Part shown: one piece after another, positions 26,792 through 32,000 of the stretch
Position numbering within the stretch: position 1 is the stretch's first letter
Layout: the number at the start of each line of letters is the position of its first letter
Source: Candidatus Atelocyanobacterium thalassa isolate ALOHA
Lineage (GTDB): Bacteria; Cyanobacteriota; Cyanobacteriia; Cyanobacteriales; Microcystaceae
NCBI RefSeq assembly: GCF_000025125.1
Contig: NC_013771.1
Span: 1,020,001 to 1,052,000, forward strand
DNA: 32,000 nt
Direction: 5' to 3'
Translations under genes and position numbers: made by a program
The notes under the pieces: generated by a model
The model's database searches: none
What the model was told of the DNA's origin: nothing
What the model saw: only the letters and a program-made list of their open reading frames with translations

Positions 26792-28567
26792 TTATTTATC
26801 TAGTTCAAAAGCATGATGAACTGCACTTAACGCTTCTATCGCTTTGTCTTTTGGAACTACACAACTAATTTTTATTTCTGAAGTTGCAATCATTTTAATA
26901 TTTATATTTTCTGCTGCTAAGGCTTCAAAAAATTGAGCTGCTATTCCATGTTTTTCAGCCATCCCTGCACCAACAATACTCACTTTCGCAATATTTTCGT
27001 CTATTAAAATTTCATCAAAACCATCCGATAATTCTTTGAGCACTAAGTAAGCAAGCTTAGAATTTTCTTGAGCCACAGTAAATGCCATGTCGCGTGTAGG
27101 TTCTCCAGAAAAAATACGACAACGTTGAGATTGAATAATAGTATCCACGCTGATATTATTTCTTGCCAACACTCCAAAGATATTAGCTGCCATTCCAGGT
27201 TTATCTTTTACACGCCGAATTGCAATTTGGACTAACTGTGTATCTAAAGCGACTCCTCTAACAGGTGGTATAGGTAAAAAATCAGGTAATACATCGATTT
27301 TAGGAGAAAATTCTATTTCAAATTCTTTTTGTAAGGCTTGTACCGCACGGAAGCTATCATGTTGCCCAATAACACAACTAATCTTAATTTCTGAAGTTGC
27401 AATCATTTCAATATTGATATTTTCTTTAGCAAGAGTTTTAAACATTTTTGCAGCAATACCAGGACGACCAATCATTCCTGCTCCAGTAATAGCAATTTTA
27501 GCTACTCGTTTTTCTATAATAACTTCAACTTCTTGATAATGATTAGAATTAGTACGAAAAGTTGATGCGATCGCATCAACTACTGATTCTGCTTTTTGTA
27601 AAGAATTTTCCACTACAGTGAATGCTATATCGTTACTATTTTTTTCATGAATTGATTGAATAATAAGATCTACATTTACTTTCTGAGAAGCAATTTCTCT
27701 CAATAAGTGAGCTGCGATACCAGGGCGATCCGGAACTTTTAGAAGTGCAACTTTTGCTTGATTTTCATCTAACTCTATCCCATCTACTGCTTTTGTGATT
27801 TCCAGATCAACTAATGATCTAGATTGTGAGGTTGTTGATGTGACTAATGTTCCAGGATTATCGCTCCAACTAGAGCGTACGATCAGAGGAAGTCCAAAGT
27901 TTCGAGCAATTTCTACAGCCCTCGGATGTAAAACCTGTGCTCCTAAACTTGCTAATTCAAGCATTTCATCGGAAGTAATTTCTCTAATAAGCTGAGCACT
28001 CTTGACTAGACGAGGATCAGTTGTAAGTATACCTGGAACATCAGTATAAATTTCACAATAACTGGCTTTTAAAGAAGCAGCTAAAGCTACAGCTGAAGTA
28101 TCAGAACCACCGCGTCCAAGGGTTGTTATTTCTAAACTATCAACACAGCTAACTCCTTGAAATCCTGCTACAACTACAATTTCATTTTGACGTATATGAC
28201 GCTGAATTCTATCAGTTCTAATAGATAAAATTCTTGCATGACTATGTTCTGCTTCTGTAACAATTCCTACTTGAGAACCAGTTAAAGAAATAGCCCTTTT
28301 TCCTAGCTTTTGTAACGCCATAGTTACTAAAGCAATGGTTACTTGTTCTCCTGTAGATAACAACATATCCATTTCTCTTCGTGAAGGATTGGAAGTTATT
28401 TCTTGCGATAGCCCTACTAAAGTATCAGTGGTTTTGCCCATTGCAGAAACTACTACAACTATCTTTTTATCATTATTAGAAATCTTGCAGATACGTTGAG
28501 CAACGCTTTTAATGCGCTCCACTGACCCTACAGAAGTTCCTCCATATTTCTGAACAATTAGAGTCAT
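26792..28567 (-). CDS. lysC: Aspartate kinase, long cyanobacterial form with duplicated ACT-domain pairs
   Basis: 591 aa. It has the N-terminal block IVQKYGGTSVG and a kinase core (LGRGGSDTSAVALAA, TDVPGILTTDPR). Two successive regulatory modules follow, each ending ENINI(E/K)MIATSEIKISCV. Confidence 0.95.
   Translation of the reverse strand: MTLIVQKYGGTSVGSVERIKSVAQRICKISNNDKKIVVVVSAMGKTTDTLVGLSQEITSNPSRREMDMLLSTGEQVTIALVTMALQKLGKRAISLTGSQVGIVTEAEHSHARILSIRTDRIQRHIRQNEIVVVAGFQGVSCVDSLEITTLGRGGSDTSAVALAASLKASYCEIYTDVPGILTTDPRLVKSAQLIREITSDEMLELASLGAQVLHPRAVEIARNFGLPLIVRSSWSDNPGTLVTSTTSQSRSLVDLEITKAVDGIELDENQAKVALLKVPDRPGIAAHLLREIASQKVNVDLIIQSIHEKNSNDIAFTVVENSLQKAESVVDAIASTFRTNSNHYQEVEVIIEKRVAKIAITGAGMIGRPGIAAKMFKTLAKENINIEMIATSEIKISCVIGQHDSFRAVQALQKEFEIEFSPKIDVLPDFLPIPPVRGVALDTQLVQIAIRRVKDKPGMAANIFGVLARNNISVDTIIQSQRCRIFSGEPTRDMAFTVAQENSKLAYLVLKELSDGFDEILIDENIAKVSIVGAGMAEKHGIAAQFFEALAAENINIKMIATSEIKISCVVPKDKAIEALSAVHHAFELDK
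26859..26912. repeat. lysC intragenic direct repeat, copy 1 (C-terminal ACT module)
   Basis: 54 nt, of which 50 are identical to 27372-27425. The offset is 513 nt, or 171 codons. Confidence 0.8.
27372..27425. repeat. lysC intragenic direct repeat, copy 2 (first ACT module)
   Basis: acacaactaatcttaatttctgaagttgcaatcatttcaatattgatattttct compared with copy 1 acacaactaatttttatttctgaagttgcaatcattttaatatttatattttct gives 4 mismatches. Confidence 0.8.
27561..27580. repeat. HIP1 octamer (GCGATCGC) embedded in a 20-nt perfect palindrome, inside lysC
   Basis: gttgatgcgatcgcatcaac is its own reverse complement. GCGATCGC lies at 27567-27574. It is the only perfect HIP1 site I could find in the window. 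Confidence 0.75.
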
Positions 28568-29010
28568 AATTCAAATAAAAACAATATATTAATTGTTAAA
28601 TCTAACAAAATCTCATAAACAACAAGGTTTATCAACTATATTTCCTAATAATCTAAGAAATATAAATAACCAGAAAATTAAAAATAATAATAAATAAAGA
28701 TAATTATTAAAAAATACTTTAATAATTGTTGTCTAATATTTACAATTTTCTACGAACTTATTTAATTGCATTATTATCTAATATTGACATACAAAGCTAA
28801 AAAACTTAAATTATTTTTTTGTTTACTATAAGTAATTAAGTAATAAAATCTAAGTAGATTCATATAACATTAAGAACTTAAATAACAATATCAATAAATT
28901 TTAAATAATTTTTGAAAGCTCGCTGTACATTCTGCGAAAATTGTTACAATTTTCAAGTTAATTGTTTAGTTAATTCAAGAATACAAAATAAATCGTTTTA
29001 ATTATTATTT

Positions 29011-30936
29011 ATGGAAACGCAAAATCAAATTAATCAAGAATCTAATTCATCACTTGATAACGCTATTAACATTAGTCAAGACTATATACTTTCTTTACAG
29101 CATCCTGAAGGTTATTGGGTAGGGGAATTAGAATCTAATGTAACTCTTACAGCAGAGACTGTCTTGCTTTATAAGATCTGGGGGATCTCTGAAAGTCTTC
29201 CAAATTGTAAAATTAAAGCCTATTTATGTAATCAACAAAATAAATATGGTGGTTGGGAACTTTTTTATGGTGATGGTGGAGAGATTAGCACATCTATTGA
29301 AGCATATATGGCCCTGAGGCTTTTGGGAATGTCCAAAGAAGATTCTATTTTAGTAAATGCCAAAAAGTTTATCCTCAGTAAAGGAGGTATTTCTAAAGCT
29401 AGAATCTTTACTAAGTTTCATTTAGCATTAATCGGCTGTTATTCGTGGAAAGGCCTACCATCTATTCCGCCATGGATTATGGCCTTAAATAATAACTTAC
29501 CTTTTACAATTTATGAAATGGCAAGTTGGGCACGGGAAAGTACCGTACCATTAATAATTGTTTTTGATAAACAACCAACTTTCCTTATTGATTCATCTTT
29601 TAATCTTAATGAGCTATATGTAGAAGAAATAGGAAAAATTCAATATGGACTCTCTTATAAAAATGATTGGACTGATATTTTTCTATGGTTAGACAAAATA
29701 TTTCAAGTATTAGGAAAATTCAATCTAGTTCCTTTTAGAGAAAGAGGCTTACGTGAGGCAGAAAAATGGATGTTAAATCATCAACAAGAAAGCGGAGATT
29801 GGGGAGGAATTATGCCTCCTATGCTAAACTCTCTAATCGCATTTCGAACTTTAGGATATGATTTAGAAGATCCCTCTGTTAGAAGAGGTCTTGAAGCTAT
29901 TCAACGTTTTTCTATAGAAAAAGATGAAGATTATTATGTTCAAGCTTGTGTTTCCCCTGTATGGGATACAGCTTGGATGATTAGAGCCTTAACTGAATCA
30001 GGACTGTCTAGAAATCATCTTTCTCTTCAACTAGCCGGAGATTGGCTGCTAAGCAAACAATGTTTGGACTATGGAGACTGGGCTGTTAAAAATAAGCTTG
30101 GAAAGCCCGGAGGATGGGCTTTTGAATTCACTAATCGTTTTTATCCTGATATTGATGATTCAGCAGCCGTAGTAATGGCTCTTGAAGGAATTAATTTGGT
30201 AAACGAACAACAAAAAGAAGCAGCTATCAGCCGTTGTCTTCAGTGGATAGAAACAATGCAGTCTAAAACTGGAGGATGGGCAGCTTTCGACATAGATAAT
30301 AACCAGTCTTGGTTGAATGAAGTTCCTTATGGAGATCTCAAAGCAATGATTGATCCAAATAGTGCTGATATAACTGCAAGAGTATTAGAAATGTTAGGTT
30401 CATGTAATTTGAAAATTTCTGATAAACGTATTACAAAAGCCCTCAATTATTTGTATAGTGAACAAGAAAAAGATGGAAGTTGGTTTGGCAGATGGGGTGT
30501 TAATTATATCTATGGAACTAGTGGAGTATTGTCTGCATTAGCAGTTCTTAATTCTGATGAAAATCATTCACAGTTAAGTAAAGGAGTAAATTGGCTATTA
30601 AGCTGCCAAAATGAAGATGGTGGATGGGGAGAAACTTGTTTCAGTTATGATAATCCTAATTTAAAAGGAAAAGGTATAAGTACTGCTTCTCAGACTGCTT
30701 GGTCTTTAATTGGTCTATTAGATGCTGGGAAAGCTTTAAATAGTTTTGCTACTAATCATATTGATCGAGGTATAGAATATTTGTTAAATACCCAGACTAA
30801 TTCAGGAACATGGGAAGAAGAAGAATTTACTGGAACTGGATTTCCTTCTCATTTCTATATACGATATCGTTTATACTGCATTTATTTCCCTTTAATCGCT
30901 TTAGGACGTTATAAACAGTTCAAGCATTTATTTTAA
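29011..30936 (+). CDS. shc: Squalene-hopene cyclase
   Basis: 641 aa. It has the catalytic DxDD motif (YPDIDDSAAVV) and repeated QW motifs (QQESGDWGG, QSKTGGWAAF, QEKDGSWFGRWG, QNEDGGWGE, QTNSGTWEE). The N-terminal block is HPEGYWVGELESN. Confidence 0.95.
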   Translation: METQNQINQESNSSLDNAINISQDYILSLQHPEGYWVGELESNVTLTAETVLLYKIWGISESLPNCKIKAYLCNQQNKYGGWELFYGDGGEISTSIEAYMALRLLGMSKEDSILVNAKKFILSKGGISKARIFTKFHLALIGCYSWKGLPSIPPWIMALNNNLPFTIYEMASWARESTVPLIIVFDKQPTFLIDSSFNLNELYVEEIGKIQYGLSYKNDWTDIFLWLDKIFQVLGKFNLVPFRERGLREAEKWMLNHQQESGDWGGIMPPMLNSLIAFRTLGYDLEDPSVRRGLEAIQRFSIEKDEDYYVQACVSPVWDTAWMIRALTESGLSRNHLSLQLAGDWLLSKQCLDYGDWAVKNKLGKPGGWAFEFTNRFYPDIDDSAAVVMALEGINLVNEQQKEAAISRCLQWIETMQSKTGGWAAFDIDNNQSWLNEVPYGDLKAMIDPNSADITARVLEMLGSCNLKISDKRITKALNYLYSEQEKDGSWFGRWGVNYIYGTSGVLSALAVLNSDENHSQLSKGVNWLLSCQNEDGGWGETCFSYDNPNLKGKGISTASQTAWSLIGLLDAGKALNSFATNHIDRGIEYLLNTQTNSGTWEEEEFTGTGFPSHFYIRYRLYCIYFPLIALGRYKQFKHLF

Positions 30937-31037
30937 GTATTGTTTAAGAGACTTTTTAATAATTTTAATTTTGACAAGAGAGCAACTTAATTTATTAATC
31001 AAAATATATGAGAGAAGTCTAATAAAACATTACATAG

Positions 31038-31559
31038 TTATATTCTATTTTTGTTTTTCTTTAATGCATAATTTTTAAATCTTTTTAAATCTTCCAAAAT
31101 GGTAGATTCAACTATTTGACCTAAAAATAAGTTATCCATTAATTTACCTAACCATCCTGGAATACTATAAGCAATAGTAAGTCTAACAATGCTACTACCT
31201 TGTCTATCATAAAATCTAATAGCTCCTCGGTTAGGTAATCCATTTACTGATTCCCATTGTATAATTTGGTTAGGTACTACTTTTAAAATTTTTGATATCC
31301 AGGTAAACTGAAATCCCCCACTAACCAACTTCCAACGTGACAAGTTAGGGTCGTCATCCAAAATTTCAACAGAATCAATCCATTTCATCCATTTAGGCAT
31401 TTCCTTTAAGTCTGACCATAATTCCCATACTTGTTCGATAGGAATTTCTACTTCAATTTGTACGCTATGTTCTAACCAATTAGACATATTTAAATTATTA
31501 ATTGTTGATGTATTACCCTGTCTTAAATTTATACATAAAAGATTCTTATATTTTAACAT
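31038..31559 (-). CDS. SRPBCC (START/cyclase-dehydrase-like) family protein
   Basis: The core is HSVQIEVEIPIEQVWELWSDLKEMPKWMKWIDSVEIL...RWKLVSGGFQFTWISKI...IQWESVNGLPNRGAIRF. The first 24 codons look non-coding. ATG 31487 (MSNWLEH) is the likely start. Confidence 0.75.
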   Translation of the reverse strand: MLKYKNLLCINLRQGNTSTINNLNMSNWLEHSVQIEVEIPIEQVWELWSDLKEMPKWMKWIDSVEILDDDPNLSRWKLVSGGFQFTWISKILKVVPNQIIQWESVNGLPNRGAIRFYDRQGSSIVRLTIAYSIPGWLGKLMDNLFLGQIVESTILEDLKRFKNYALKKNKNRI

Positions 31560-31726
31560 TTTTAAAATTTAACCCTTAGTATCTACCAAAAAGACGATAT
31601 TTTATAGCCTAATATTATAGTTGTCTTATTACTTAATAAATATTTTTACTAATTTTATATTGACAACTAAAGCTTTGATATTAGATCTTTACTCACTTAT
31701 TTTTAAATAGTTTAGAAAAAGGATTG

Positions 31727-31752
31727 GTTGTTAATAGCAACAACTTTTTTTT
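31727..31752 (+). terminator. Short hairpin followed by T8 (plus-strand orientation), with an A5 run upstream
   Basis: gttgtt (31727-31732) pairs with aacaac (31739-31744), loop aatagc, and T8 follows at 31745-31752. On the minus strand the tail is weaker (CAATCCTTTTT). The stem is only 6 bp. Confidence 0.35.
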
Positions 31753-31794
31753 AAAAATTATATGTCCTAAGCCACAAAAATAGTTATTTCTAGG

Positions 31795-32000
31795 CTATTT
31801 TTGTAGTGAACAAATTTTATTACTAATTATTTCTCCAGCAATTTGATGTCCGAAATGATTCCAATGTCCATTCCCTAATTTAGTATTATTAAAACCATGC
31901 AAAAAAACTTTATTTTTATCAGCATAAGTCTGTAAAAGTGGGGCCAAGGCTAAAACTTTAAAATCTTTTATTCGTGACAATTTATAAATACGTTGATCAG
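31795..32000 (-). CDS. Partial CDS (C-terminal end; continues past the window), possibly SGNH/GDSL-type hydrolase
   Basis: The reading frame is open to the window edge (...DQRIYK upstream of the TTG called by the track). The C-terminal block GNGHWNHFGHQIAGEII resembles block V (xxH..G....A) of SGNH hydrolases. The assignment is weak. Confidence 0.4.
   Translation of the reverse strand, partial: DQRIYKLSRIKDFKVLALAPLLQTYADKNKVFLHGFNNTKLGNGHWNHFGHQIAGEIISNKICSLQK

Noticed and set aside
7883-27995. Remaining short ORFs of 60-97 aa in the track (7883-8089+, 10821-11069-, 11382-11567-, 15194-15487-, 15951-16133+, 16449-16640+, 21427-21627+, 27795-27995+)
   Set aside because: Each lies antisense inside, or largely overlaps, a strongly supported gene (alaS, blaI/M56, hlyD-like, the response regulator, thrB, lysC). 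None shows a recognisable domain.
28568-29010. Lysine riboswitch (L-box) in the lysC leader
   Set aside because: The minus-strand leader is almost pure A/T, with no room for the conserved GC-containing helices of the L-box. This riboswitch class is also not known from cyanobacterial lysC.
1-32000. CRISPR arrays, transposons, prophage, toxin-antitoxin or defence islands, tRNA/rRNA genes
   Set aside because: There are no arrays of regularly spaced direct repeats. No ORF has a transposase, integrase, Cas or phage signature, and no small adjacent gene pair resembles a TA module. No spacer has the G+C content or cloverleaf-type complementarity expected of tRNA or rRNA. All spacers are strongly AT-rich.

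Overview
This is an AT-rich cyanobacterial chromosome segment (roughly 30% G+C by eye, not computed). It is about 85% coding, summed from the ORF coordinates. I support 25 protein genes. I see no rRNA, tRNA or CRISPR array, and no transposase, integrase, phage or recognisable defence genes.

The content is core housekeeping:
- An M50 site-2 protease and the IsiA/CP43' antenna protein.
- An HpsJ-like membrane protein, FabI and NtcA.
- A DUF3084 coiled-coil protein followed by a split RNase-H-fold nuclease gene.
- AlaRS, a BlaI/M56 (BlaR1-like) pair and LigA.
- A lone HlyD-type adaptor, a NarL-type response regulator and a DUF1232 protein.
- Adenosine deaminase, ClpC, ThrB and PrfB.
- An alanine:cation symporter coupled to a CPP1-like J-domain membrane protein.
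- TatA, the long cyanobacterial LysC, squalene-hopene cyclase, an SRPBCC protein and a partial SGNH-like hydrolase.

From memory, the protein sequences look like the unicellular Crocosphaera/Cyanothece-type lineage. The AT bias and the several 380-510 bp featureless spacers suggest a reduced genome. A UCYN-A-like organism is only a guess.

I found no convincing novel multi-gene system. The best leads are:
1. The prfB programmed +1 frameshift, which the ORF track mis-models.
2. A nuclease gene split exactly at an A6T8 run that forms a U UUU UUA heptamer. This could be a pseudogene, a homopolymer sequencing error or -1 recoding.
3. A sensor-less BlaI/M56 signalling pair.
4. Unusually long perfect hairpins, including a 53-nt one after isiA.
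5. A 54-nt near-identical intragenic repeat in lysC, and a single HIP1 site inside a 20-nt perfect palindrome.
6. Large AT-rich spacers that could hide sRNAs or eroded genes.
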